A DNA stretch of 64,000 nt from a virus, in the IMG/VR virus record IMGVR_UViG_3300044638_004964, positions 32,001-96,000 of that record. One strand, given 5' to 3'. How positions within the stretch are numbered: position 1 is the first letter of the stretch; each line of letters begins with the position of its first letter. The notes under the pieces are model-generated. The model had not been told where the DNA came from. It searched no databases and was given only the letters and a program-made list of their open reading frames with translations. This document shows, piece by piece, positions 9,991 to 19,308 of this stretch. The position numbers and the translations under genes were made by a program.

Positions 9991-11472
9991 ATGGATATTA
10001 AACTAACAGATATTGGTGCAGAACGAGCAGTCTTAGCGTCACTATTGCAAAATGGTATAGACGCATATGTATCAATATCGCACCTTATTAGTCATAAAAC
10101 TTTTGGTCATGCCAATAATCAGATTCTATATAAATGTATAGAGCGGATTATCACTAACGATCAAAAGGTGGATATACCATCTATTCTATCGGCAGCTTCT
10201 CAGTTGAATTTATCAGAAAGTATAAATACAACACAAGAGTTAAAATACATCAAATCTCTTTTCGACTTCCCAGTTAATAAAGATAATGCTCTTAGCTTTG
10301 CGATACAAATTAAGAAGTTTGAATTTGCTAGAAAGATTAAAGCACTAACAGCAAAAATACATAAAGATGTTGATGATGTTACTGGATCTGAATCTATCAA
10401 TGATATTATTCAAATTCTAGAAAACCCAGTTACAGACTTTCTAAGAGAAGATGACGGTGGAGACACTCCAAAGAAAATTGGAGAAAACATCGGAGATTAT
10501 ATTACATTCTTAGAGGAGAATAAGTGTGATATCATTGGTATACCAACAGGATTCAGCAGATACGACGAGGCCATTGGCGGTGGTCTTAGACGTAAATGTG
10601 TTGACCTTGTTTCTGCTAGACCAAAAGTTGGCAAGTCAGTATTTGCTGATAACGTGGCTCTAAATGTTTCTTCTAAAAACGTTCCGGTTCTTATGCTAGA
10701 TACTGAAATGAGCAAAGAGGATCATTTGAATAGATTGTTGGCAAATATAAGTGGTGTTCCGATCAATGAAATTGCTACTGGTAAATTCGTAGATGATGAC
10801 GAAAAGAGAGAAAAGGTTCAAGATGCTGTTAAGCATATAGAATCTATTCCTTATTGTTACGTTAGCGTTGCTGGAAAGCCATTTGAACAAATCCTCAATC
10901 TTATTAAGAGATGGATTATTCAAGAAGTTAAGATGGATCAGTATGGCAAAACCAATGATTGTTTAATTATCTATGATTATTTGAAGTTAATGTCATCTAG
11001 TTCTATTACCAATAATATACAAGAATATCAAGCTCTTGGTTTTCAAATTACCGCACTTCATAATTTGTGCGTCAAGATGGATTTTCCATGTTTGTCATTT
11101 GTGCAGTTGAACAGAGATGGTATAACCAAAGAAAGCACCGACGCTGTTTCTGGATCAGATAGACTTATCTGGCTATGCACATCGTTCTCTATATTTAAAA
11201 TCAAATCTCCAGAAGAATTAGCAGAAGATGGACCCAGTGCTGGAAATAGAAAACTTGTACCAATTGTTTCAAGACACGGTGGCGGGCTAGACGATGGAGA
11301 TTATATTAACATGGTCATGGATGGATCTCATGCTAAATTAAAAGAACTAAAAACACGCAACGAATTTAAAAACCAACCAACTGGTGATACTGGATTAGCA
11401 GATTCAGATTCACTAATTAAAATAAGAATACAAGATGGACTTACACAAGCTCAAGATTCTATTGAACAGTAA
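9991..11472 (+). CDS. dnaB: Replicative DnaB-family helicase
   Basis: AERAVL, GIPTGF, Walker A ARPKVGKS, TEM, IYDYLKL, QLNR, SRHG. ATG at 9991 preferred over the upstream GTG. Confidence 0.93.
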   Translation: MDIKLTDIGAERAVLASLLQNGIDAYVSISHLISHKTFGHANNQILYKCIERIITNDQKVDIPSILSAASQLNLSESINTTQELKYIKSLFDFPVNKDNALSFAIQIKKFEFARKIKALTAKIHKDVDDVTGSESINDIIQILENPVTDFLREDDGGDTPKKIGENIGDYITFLEENKCDIIGIPTGFSRYDEAIGGGLRRKCVDLVSARPKVGKSVFADNVALNVSSKNVPVLMLDTEMSKEDHLNRLLANISGVPINEIATGKFVDDDEKREKVQDAVKHIESIPYCYVSVAGKPFEQILNLIKRWIIQEVKMDQYGKTNDCLIIYDYLKLMSSSSITNNIQEYQALGFQITALHNLCVKMDFPCLSFVQLNRDGITKESTDAVSGSDRLIWLCTSFSIFKIKSPEELAEDGPSAGNRKLVPIVSRHGGGLDDGDYINMVMDGSHAKLKELKTRNEFKNQPTGDTGLADSDSLIKIRIQDGLTQAQDSIEQ

Positions 11473-12454
11473 AGCTGAAACTATCTTTAAGAAGCTAGGC
11501 ATGGACTGTGAAGTGCTTGGAGATAATATTTACTCCAAATGTCCAATTCATGAAGGTAGCGACAACCCAAGAGCATTCTCATATTCTATAGAAAGAGGAA
11601 TATGGAAGTGTTGGACTAGAGATTGTCAACATCAATACAATAACGACATATTTGGACTAATAAGAGGTTCGTTATCGAATAGCGAAGGCGTAGATGTTGG
11701 CTTTAAAGAAGCTTTAAAGTGGTCCTGCGATCTATTAGATTTAAAACGCGGCAAGGTGCATAGTAAACAGGTAGTAGAAGAGCCGAATGAATTTGTTGAA
11801 CTTGTATCATTGCTAAATCACTCAATAGTTCAAAAAGAGCATAGTGAAATAGATGCAGAATGTGATCTAGCAATACCTTCACCGTATTTTATATCCAGAG
11901 GTTTCAAAAAAGAAACCCTAAATTATTTTGAAGTTGGGGACTGTGTTAATCCTAAGTCTAAGTTGTATGATAGAGCAATAATACCTATTCATAACGACGA
12001 TGGAGCCAAACTGGTTTCATTAATAGGAAGATCAATGAAGGAATATAAATTACCCAAATTCTTATTTAGCCCCAAGGGATTTGACAAAAGATATTTTTTT
12101 TACAATCTTCACAGAGCAATCAACAAAGCTAAAGAAACCGGATGTTTATTTCTTGTTGAAGGACAGGGGGATGTTTGGAGATTATATGAATCTGGGGTGC
12201 ATAATGCTGTTGGAATATTGGGTAAAACAATCACAAAAGAGCAAGAAGATAAACTATTAAAAATGCCAGTAACTCATCTTATTATATTAACTGATAACGA
12301 TCAAGCTGGAAGAGAATCAAAAACGCAAATACAAAGACAATTGGGAAGAGTTTTTAAACTAACATTTCCTAAAATTTCAACAAAAGACATTGGCGAAATG
12401 ACAACGGACCAAATCAAAAGTAAAATACTACCACAAGTTAAAGGAACTTATTAA
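11435..12454 (+). CDS. dnaG: DnaG-type primase
   Basis: CHC2 zinc finger (CPIH...CWTRDC), IIPIH...GR, PKF, TOPRIM VEGQGD and DNDQAG, KDIGE. Confidence 0.92.
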   Translation: MDLHKLKILLNSKAETIFKKLGMDCEVLGDNIYSKCPIHEGSDNPRAFSYSIERGIWKCWTRDCQHQYNNDIFGLIRGSLSNSEGVDVGFKEALKWSCDLLDLKRGKVHSKQVVEEPNEFVELVSLLNHSIVQKEHSEIDAECDLAIPSPYFISRGFKKETLNYFEVGDCVNPKSKLYDRAIIPIHNDDGAKLVSLIGRSMKEYKLPKFLFSPKGFDKRYFFYNLHRAINKAKETGCLFLVEGQGDVWRLYESGVHNAVGILGKTITKEQEDKLLKMPVTHLIILTDNDQAGRESKTQIQRQLGRVFKLTFPKISTKDIGEMTTDQIKSKILPQVKGTY

Positions 12455-13194
12455 TGGCTAAGATTATAGGCATATCTGGGCGAAAGCAATCTGGGAAAAA
12501 CACAGTAGCTAATTACATAAATGGGTCCGTGCTAATTGGTAAGGAAATGGTAAAAGACTTCTTTATTAACGAAGATGGTCAGCTTGTTATCAAAACAACT
12601 AATAGTAATGGTGAAGATGGGTATGGAATATTTGATGTCACCAGAAAAGATGATACATTTATTGAGTATGCTAGTAGAGAACTGTGGCCATATATTAAGA
12701 CCTATCATTTCGCAGATTTGCTAAAGAACATATCAATTCATTTGTTTGGATTAAGCCCAGCAGAGGTTTATGGTACAGATGATGACAAAAACAAAGAAAC
12801 AAATTTGCTATGGGAAAGTATGCCAACGAAAGAAAAGAAAACTGGCAATGTAACGAATAGAGAATTTCTAGAATACTTTGGGACAAAAATTGTTCGCAAA
12901 ATTAAGCCAGAGGCATGGGTTGAGGCAACAATGAATAATATTCTTAAAGAAAATTCTGAAATAGCAATTATACCGGATGTTAGATTTCCAAACGAGGTCA
13001 ATGCTATAAAGAATGCTGGTGGCAAAGTTATCAGATTGACTAGAAACATTCACGATAGTAAGATAGAGTGCGAAACAGCACTGGACGAAAAGAATTTTGA
13101 TTGGTCACTATTCGACCATGTTATAGATAATTCTAATTCATCAATAGAAGATCTATGTAGCAGTGTAAACAATCTCAAACAGTATTGGAACTAA
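12454..13194 (+). CDS. Deoxynucleoside monophosphate kinase
   Basis: GISGRKQSGKNT P-loop, FADLLK, REFLEYFGT, IPDVRFPNE. Confidence 0.88.
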   Translation: MAKIIGISGRKQSGKNTVANYINGSVLIGKEMVKDFFINEDGQLVIKTTNSNGEDGYGIFDVTRKDDTFIEYASRELWPYIKTYHFADLLKNISIHLFGLSPAEVYGTDDDKNKETNLLWESMPTKEKKTGNVTNREFLEYFGTKIVRKIKPEAWVEATMNNILKENSEIAIIPDVRFPNEVNAIKNAGGKVIRLTRNIHDSKIECETALDEKNFDWSLFDHVIDNSNSSIEDLCSSVNNLKQYWN

Positions 13195-13195
13195 T

Positions 13196-14218
13196 ATGCT
13201 AATAACATACATAAGATCTTCAAGTTATAATAATTATTCTTACTGCCAAATGCAGTATTTTATAACATATGTTTTGGGCCATCAGTCAACCAGCGGCAAG
13301 AAAGCAGAACTTGGAACTATTGTTCACAAGGTTATGGAAACACTAGCTGGTTTTAAAAAGTATCACCAAGACAATCCACGTAAACATAACCTATATGTAA
13401 AAGATGATGCCTTGGGCGATGTTGAAATTAAAAAATCAGAATTATTGAAGGACAGTATCGTTGTAGACTTACTTGATAAAAGCTATAATTTTTATACATC
13501 TGGATCATCTCACGCTTTTACAAAGGGTGATAAAGATACCTGTATGGGTCTTGTGTGGGACACATTAAGATATAATCATGGTCAATTTGACCCAAGACAC
13601 AGAACTGTAGTTGCCCCAGAACCTCATTTTGATATTCCAATTGATGAAGATTGGGCGCATTATGAATATGAGTTTCCAGATGGTAGAAAAATCAAGGGAC
13701 AATTAGCTATTAAGGGAACTATAGATCTAGTTACAGAAACAGCTAAAGACACTATTGAAGTAGTCGATTGGAAGACGGGTAGACGTTTAGATTGGGCCAC
13801 TGGCGAAGAAAAGACATATGAAAAACTATGCTCAGACCCTCAGTTATTACTATACAATTATGCCATTTCGAAGCTATTTCCTCATTATGACCACACGATA
13901 ATGTCTATATTTTTTATTAAAGATGGTGGACCTTTCTCTATGTGTTTTGACAAAGCAGATCATGGTAGATTCTTAAAAATGCTTAAGAATAAGTTTGAAG
14001 ATATCAAGGCGAATAATACACCAAAACCCCTGTCACAAAGTAGAGATAGCTGGAAATGTACTAAGTTGTGCCATTTTTACAAAAACAACTGGCCGGGAAC
14101 AGACAAAAACATGTGTATATACATAGAGAATCACCTAAAGGACGAAGGTATGGAGAATACCCTTAAAAAGTGTACAAGAGAAGGTTTTGACATTGGTTTT
14201 TATTCCGCTCCCGGTTGA
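13196..14218 (+). CDS. Cas4/RecB/AddB-like PD-(D/E)xK exonuclease
   Basis: N-terminal Cys (SYCQ), GTIVH, GTIDL, VVDWKTG, QLLLY, C-terminal C..C..C (likely Fe-S ligands). Confidence 0.88.
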   Translation: MLITYIRSSSYNNYSYCQMQYFITYVLGHQSTSGKKAELGTIVHKVMETLAGFKKYHQDNPRKHNLYVKDDALGDVEIKKSELLKDSIVVDLLDKSYNFYTSGSSHAFTKGDKDTCMGLVWDTLRYNHGQFDPRHRTVVAPEPHFDIPIDEDWAHYEYEFPDGRKIKGQLAIKGTIDLVTETAKDTIEVVDWKTGRRLDWATGEEKTYEKLCSDPQLLLYNYAISKLFPHYDHTIMSIFFIKDGGPFSMCFDKADHGRFLKMLKNKFEDIKANNTPKPLSQSRDSWKCTKLCHFYKNNWPGTDKNMCIYIENHLKDEGMENTLKKCTREGFDIGFYSAPG

Positions 14219-14230
14219 AAGAAAGATATT

Positions 14231-15085
14231 ATGAAATTAACTATTGGTATGGCCACTTATGACGATTTTGACGGTGTGTATTTTACGATACAGGCTCTCA
14301 GAATGTATCATGATATATGTCAGTCAAATGATGTAGAATTTATAGTTCTAGATAATAACCCCAACGGTAAACATGCACAAACTCTTTCTGGGTTTGTAAA
14401 TGGATGGACCGGCGGAAAAGGTAAATATATACCAAAAAATGATAGAGCTTCATCTTTTAATAAATACAGCATAGTCGAACACGCCTCTGGGCAATACGTT
14501 CTTATTATAGATTGTCACGTACTGTTAGTCAAAGATTCTTTAAAGCATTTAATGGATTACTATGATAGTCATCCAGACTGTAAGGATTTAATCCAAGGTC
14601 CACTACTTTACGATGATCTACAAAATTATTCCACAGAGTTTGCTCCGCAATGGAGAGGCGACATGTATGGAACTTGGGATACAAACAGAGAAGCTCACGA
14701 TGCCGGATTACCATTTGAAATACAATTACAGGGCATGGGATTATGTTCTTTTGAAAAAAAGAACTGGCCGGGAATAAATCCACACTTTAAAGGATTTGGT
14801 GCAGAAGAAGGGTACATATCTGAAAAATTCAGAAGAAATGGTGGGAAAAATATTTGTATCCCACAATTAAAATGGGTTCATCGATTTGGTCGCCCAGACG
14901 GTGTAAAATACCCATTAATTTTAGAGGATAGAATATGGAATTATTTTATCGGATGGTTGGAAATAACAAAAGACCCAAATCACGAAATGATAACATCAGC
15001 ATATGAACATTTTAAGAATAAAATCCCGCCGGGAAGTATAGATAACATTTTAAATCAAGCTAAACACTTAATTTTGGAGAATTAA
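14231..15085 (+). CDS. GT2-family glycosyltransferase
   Basis: LTIGMATYD, IVLDNN, IIDCH, FKGFGAEE, WVH. Confidence 0.85.
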   Translation: MKLTIGMATYDDFDGVYFTIQALRMYHDICQSNDVEFIVLDNNPNGKHAQTLSGFVNGWTGGKGKYIPKNDRASSFNKYSIVEHASGQYVLIIDCHVLLVKDSLKHLMDYYDSHPDCKDLIQGPLLYDDLQNYSTEFAPQWRGDMYGTWDTNREAHDAGLPFEIQLQGMGLCSFEKKNWPGINPHFKGFGAEEGYISEKFRRNGGKNICIPQLKWVHRFGRPDGVKYPLILEDRIWNYFIGWLEITKDPNHEMITSAYEHFKNKIPPGSIDNILNQAKHLILEN

Positions 15086-15087
15086 TT

Positions 15088-15990
15088 ATGCCCATTCCAA
15101 ATAGACGAAAAGATGAAGATAAGAATAAATTTGTTGCCAGATGTATGGGTGACAAGGTTATGAAAAAAGATTATCCAAGCAATAGCCAAAGAGTTGCTAT
15201 CTGCTTGGATCAAGCAACAGCCGATTGTGACTGTGTAGAAGCTGCTGATTTTAAAATGCAATTAGAAAATTATGGCTATGAAGAAGATGTTAATGATGAC
15301 AATTTTTATATTCCAACACAGGCAGAATATGAAGACTTTGGCGAAGAAACAGAAGAGTGGGATATTGCTGAAGCAAAACCGGGACTATGGGAAAATATAA
15401 GAAAGAAGAAAGATCGATTAGGCAAAAAATATAAACCAGCAAAGCCGGGAGATCCAGATCGCCCAGATAAAGATGCTTGGAAAAAAGCTCAGTCTGGTGA
15501 TAGCGAAATGGCTATTGATCAAATAATGAAAATGAGCGATCAGATCATGGAAGTGGTTGCTAGACTAAAAACTATGCAGATACCAGTAGAATTTCAAGAT
15601 TGGACAAAAGACATGATTTCCAAAGCTGAAATCTATATACAGAACGTGTATGACTTTGTTAAGTATTACGAGCCGGGTAAATATGAAGATGAGTATACAA
15701 AAGAAGTAGATGAGCCATCAGAAATGGAAACTGAAGATTCTTATGCTTCAGAATATCAAGGTCGCAAAGTGACATTAAATAAACCATTTAGAACATCAAA
15801 TGGCCCAAAGAAGTTTGCAGTATATGTTAAGAATGAAAGTGGCAACGTTGTTATTGTTAGATTTGGCGATCCAAATATGACAATCAAGAAGAATATTCCA
15901 GAACGACGAAAAAGCTTTAGAGCTAGACACAACTGTGAGAACCCCGGCCCAAAATGGAAGGCTAGATATTGGGCTTGTAAAAGCTGGTAG
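15088..15990 (+). CDS. Multi-module hypothetical protein
   Basis: Four small compact modules separated by acidic linkers; GGAG ribosome-binding site. Confidence 0.7.
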   Translation: MPIPNRRKDEDKNKFVARCMGDKVMKKDYPSNSQRVAICLDQATADCDCVEAADFKMQLENYGYEEDVNDDNFYIPTQAEYEDFGEETEEWDIAEAKPGLWENIRKKKDRLGKKYKPAKPGDPDRPDKDAWKKAQSGDSEMAIDQIMKMSDQIMEVVARLKTMQIPVEFQDWTKDMISKAEIYIQNVYDFVKYYEPGKYEDEYTKEVDEPSEMETEDSYASEYQGRKVTLNKPFRTSNGPKKFAVYVKNESGNVVIVRFGDPNMTIKKNIPERRKSFRARHNCENPGPKWKARYWACKSW

Positions 15991-16030
15991 TTGAAGTAAA
16001 GTTGTTGGTTCGGCGGTATAATAGTTTGAT
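15991..16030 (+). promoter_or_regulatory. Putative promoter upstream of dnaE-N
   Basis: Perfect TATAAT at 16017-16022 in one of the few intergenic gaps. TTGAAG lies 20 nt upstream, which is non-canonical spacing. Confidence 0.4.
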
Positions 16031-16068
16031 AGCAGTCGCATACACATTGAAATTGACAAGGACAATAT

Positions 16069-17673
16069 ATGTTGAATTGGTGCCCACTAAGGAATTACAC
16101 TCATTACAGTTTATTGAGGGGTTTTTCAAAGCCAGACGAGTTAGCAGCAAAGTGTAAAGAAGAAGGATATACTGCTTGCGGTATTGCTGATTATAAGACA
16201 ATATCTGGGGTTGTATCTTTTTATCAAGCTTGTCAAAAGAATGGGATAAAACCTATCATTGGTTGCTCATTTGATGACTGCGCTTTGTTTGCTAAGAATA
16301 GTGCCGGTTGGCATGATCTTATTCACCTAGTATCATCTATAGATGATGAAGGTAATATATCTAGCACTATTTGGTCAAACACTCTAAAGAAGGGCAATGT
16401 AATAAAGGTGTCTAATGATGCCTCACTATTTCCCATTAGTTATTATGTTAAAAAAGAAGATGCGACATTGCATCGTATACTATTATGCTCTGAATTAAAA
16501 ACCACACTTCCAAAGATTCAGAAACAAATACGCAATGGTGATCTACCAAAAGATATAGAATATCAATTTACTCACGACGATAAAAACGTTTGGTCAAAGG
16601 AAGAGGCACAAAAAGCAATTAGCTCAACATCATCCAAAAATCTAGATAATATTTCTAGTATTATAAATGAGTGTGAGAGCTATAATATTCTAAGCAAGCC
16701 CAATCTTCCAAAGTTCGCTTGTCCAAATAATCAATCAGAAGAGGATTATTTGAAGGAACTATGTCGCGTTGGCTGGAAAAATATATTAATAGATGGTGAT
16801 AAGGTTTCTAAACCAGAAGATAAAGAAAAGTATCTAGAAAGATTCAAGGAGGAATTTGATGTTATTAAGGGTGCTAATCTATTCGGTTATTTCCTCATTG
16901 TTAGAGACATTATACACTATTGCGAAAGTCAAGGTTGGTTGTGTGGTCCCGGTAGAGGTTCAGCGGCTGGATGCCTAATCTCATATCTTATTGGAATCAC
17001 AAAGATTGATCCAATAGAATTTGACCTACTGTTTGCTAGATTTTATAATGCTGGGCGAAATAGTGAGGACCATATCTCACTTCCAGATATTGATATGGAC
17101 GTTCCCGGCAAGAAGCGTGACGAAGTTATATCTTATCTTAAGAATAAATATGGTCATGATCACGTTAGTCAAATGATTTCGTTTGGTAGGCTACAGGGAA
17201 GAAGTGCTATAAAAGAAGTTTTACGCATAAATGAAGCGTGTTCTTTTGGTGAAATGAACACTATAACAAAGAGTATTCCTAACGAAGCTGAAATTTCTGA
17301 CCAACTTGCCGACATGGATGACGATAATAGATCTATTATACGTTGGGCACTAATTAATAATGCCAATGAATTAAGGGATTTTTGCCACATAAACGAAGAT
17401 GGTAAGCTAGAAGGAAATTATGCTGAGTATTTTGATCAAGCTATAAAGATTGAGGGAACATTTAAAACACAGGGAAAACACGCCGCCGGTGTTGTTATAT
17501 CAGCTAAGAAATTGAATACCGTTTGCCCGATGGTTAAGCAGCGTGATTCATCTGAAAAGATTGCGGGATTAGAAATGGCAGACCTAGAAGCTCTAGGACA
17601 TGTCAAGTTTGACGTTCTAGGAATTAATTTACTAGATAAAATTATGATGATACAAGACTTAACTGGAGTATAA
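16069..17673 (+). CDS. dnaE: DNA polymerase III alpha (DnaE), N-terminal part: degenerate PHP, palm and thumb
   Basis: THYSLL, GIKPIIG, GYFLIV, GPGRGSAAG, PDIDMD, GKHAAGVVI, VKFDVLG; stops shortly afterwards at TAA. Confidence 0.93.
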   Translation: MLNWCPLRNYTHYSLLRGFSKPDELAAKCKEEGYTACGIADYKTISGVVSFYQACQKNGIKPIIGCSFDDCALFAKNSAGWHDLIHLVSSIDDEGNISSTIWSNTLKKGNVIKVSNDASLFPISYYVKKEDATLHRILLCSELKTTLPKIQKQIRNGDLPKDIEYQFTHDDKNVWSKEEAQKAISSTSSKNLDNISSIINECESYNILSKPNLPKFACPNNQSEEDYLKELCRVGWKNILIDGDKVSKPEDKEKYLERFKEEFDVIKGANLFGYFLIVRDIIHYCESQGWLCGPGRGSAAGCLISYLIGITKIDPIEFDLLFARFYNAGRNSEDHISLPDIDMDVPGKKRDEVISYLKNKYGHDHVSQMISFGRLQGRSAIKEVLRINEACSFGEMNTITKSIPNEAEISDQLADMDDDNRSIIRWALINNANELRDFCHINEDGKLEGNYAEYFDQAIKIEGTFKTQGKHAAGVVISAKKLNTVCPMVKQRDSSEKIAGLEMADLEALGHVKFDVLGINLLDKIMMIQDLTGV

Positions 17674-17674
17674 A

Positions 17675-18280
17675 ATGGCCACTCAGTGTGGAAAATATAT
17701 TGGTCAAAAATTTGGAATGTTAACTGTTCAAAAAATTACTAGTAAAACCAAAAAATCTCATTATAGGGCCGAATGTTTGTGTGATTGTGGTAATACTGTT
17801 ATACGCCGCATAGATTCTCTAGTACACGATAAATCAAAAAGTTGTGGGTGTTCAGCATTCAAAACAGGGTGCGAACATGCCTTATATAGAGGATACGAAG
17901 GTTTGAGCCTGAGACGCTGGTCTAAAATCAAAACAATGGCAAAAGATCGTGGATATAATGTCAAAATAGATATTAAATATGTCTGGGATTTGTATGAAAA
18001 ACAGGGAAGAAAATGTGCGATAACTGGAGTTCCCATTATCTTCTCTAAACAAAACAAAGACAATGTTGGCACAACAGCATCTTTAGATAGGATAGATAAT
18101 AATAGAGATTATATTGAAGGAAACGTACAGTGGGTGCATAAACGTATAAACATAATGAAAGGTAATATGAATACAAATGAATTTTTAAATATTTGCGAGG
18201 CTGTAGTTGCAAAAAATAAAGAAGAAGATATATTTGAGACACCAGTACACTATACAAGAAAGATGTTTTATGGCAAATAG
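17675..18280 (+). CDS. HNH-like homing endonuclease
   Basis: GQKFGMLTV...CLCDCG...SCGC N-terminal module; CAITG...SLDRIDNNRDYIEGNVQWV...N..K core. Confidence 0.82.
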   Translation: MATQCGKYIGQKFGMLTVQKITSKTKKSHYRAECLCDCGNTVIRRIDSLVHDKSKSCGCSAFKTGCEHALYRGYEGLSLRRWSKIKTMAKDRGYNVKIDIKYVWDLYEKQGRKCAITGVPIIFSKQNKDNVGTTASLDRIDNNRDYIEGNVQWVHKRINIMKGNMNTNEFLNICEAVVAKNKEEDIFETPVHYTRKMFYGK

Positions 18281-18950
18281 AGATTATATTATATTCGACT
18301 TTGAAACAGGCTCAAGAAATCCTCACAAAACCCAACCAACTCAGATTGCAGCAATAGCTCTAGATGGTAGAAACTTATCAGTTAAGGGACAATTTAATAG
18401 TGAAATCAAGCCCATATTTGACGATGAAGAGGCTATATCTCTTGGGCTAGATCCACTTCAAGATGAAGCTTTAAAGATAACTGGAAAAACTAGAGAGGCT
18501 CTAGCTGAAGCTCCCTCAATTAAATCAGTATGGTCTAAATTTGTAAAGTTTGTTGATCAATATAATTGGAAGGGTGATCCATTTTTTGCTCCAATTCCAG
18601 TTGGATTTAATATCCTTGGTTTCGATATGCACATTGTTAATAGGCTATGTAGAGAATATGGTCCTTGGGATAAAGAGCGAGAACAACAAAAACTATTTAG
18701 TAAAGTCTATAAAGTTGATATCATGGACAATGTTTTCGTATGGACAGAAAGTGATCCATCAGTTAAGTCTATTAGCATGGATTCGCTACGAGAAAGAATG
18801 GGTCTTAGCAAGGAAAATGCTCACGATGCTCTACAGGACGTTAAGGACGAGGCCAATATATTTATCAAGCTCATGAAAACCCATAGATCTGTTTATCAGA
18901 ATATTACTTTTGATAAAGCTTTTGCTAATGGTGGACTGTATGTTAAATAA
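18270..18950 (+). CDS. dnaQ: DEDDh 3'-5' exonuclease (DnaQ/epsilon-like)
   Basis: ExoI FDFETG, ExoII GFNILGFD, ExoIII HDALQD. ATG at 18270 preferred. Confidence 0.88.
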   Translation: MANRDYIIFDFETGSRNPHKTQPTQIAAIALDGRNLSVKGQFNSEIKPIFDDEEAISLGLDPLQDEALKITGKTREALAEAPSIKSVWSKFVKFVDQYNWKGDPFFAPIPVGFNILGFDMHIVNRLCREYGPWDKEREQQKLFSKVYKVDIMDNVFVWTESDPSVKSISMDSLRERMGLSKENAHDALQDVKDEANIFIKLMKTHRSVYQNITFDKAFANGGLYVK

Positions 18951-19308
18951 AGTTTGCAACAAGTGTAAAAAGGAATTACCAATTGAACATTTTAGCAAAC
19001 ATAGCGGCAGCAATTATTTAAGACCAGAATGTAAATCTTGCAATAATTTGCTAAGTAAAATACGAAGCAGTCTCAGGAAAAAGCATGAAACCCCTCCAGA
19101 AAATTATCAATGTCCAATTTGCAATAGAAGCGAGCATGAGATATCTTCTGGTGGAGGAAATAAAAAAAGCAAGTGGGTGCTAGACCACAATCACCAAAAT
19201 AATAATTTTAGGGGATGGTTATGTCACACATGTAATATGGGTATAGGTTCTTTTTCTGATAATATTGATACATTGTACAAAGCTATAGAGTATTTAAAAA
19301 ATGATTGA
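18940..19308 (+). CDS. Endonuclease VII-family (HNH) endonuclease
   Basis: CxxC..CxxC N-terminus; CPIC...LDHNH...FRGWLCHTCNMGIG. ATG at 18940 preferred. Confidence 0.85.
   Translation: MLNKVCNKCKKELPIEHFSKHSGSNYLRPECKSCNNLLSKIRSSLRKKHETPPENYQCPICNRSEHEISSGGGNKKSKWVLDHNHQNNNFRGWLCHTCNMGIGSFSDNIDTLYKAIEYLKND

Noticed and set aside
13196-14218. CRISPR-Cas system suggested by the Cas4-like gene
   Set aside because: No repeat-spacer array or other cas genes seen; stand-alone Cas4/RecB-like nucleases are common in phage replication modules.
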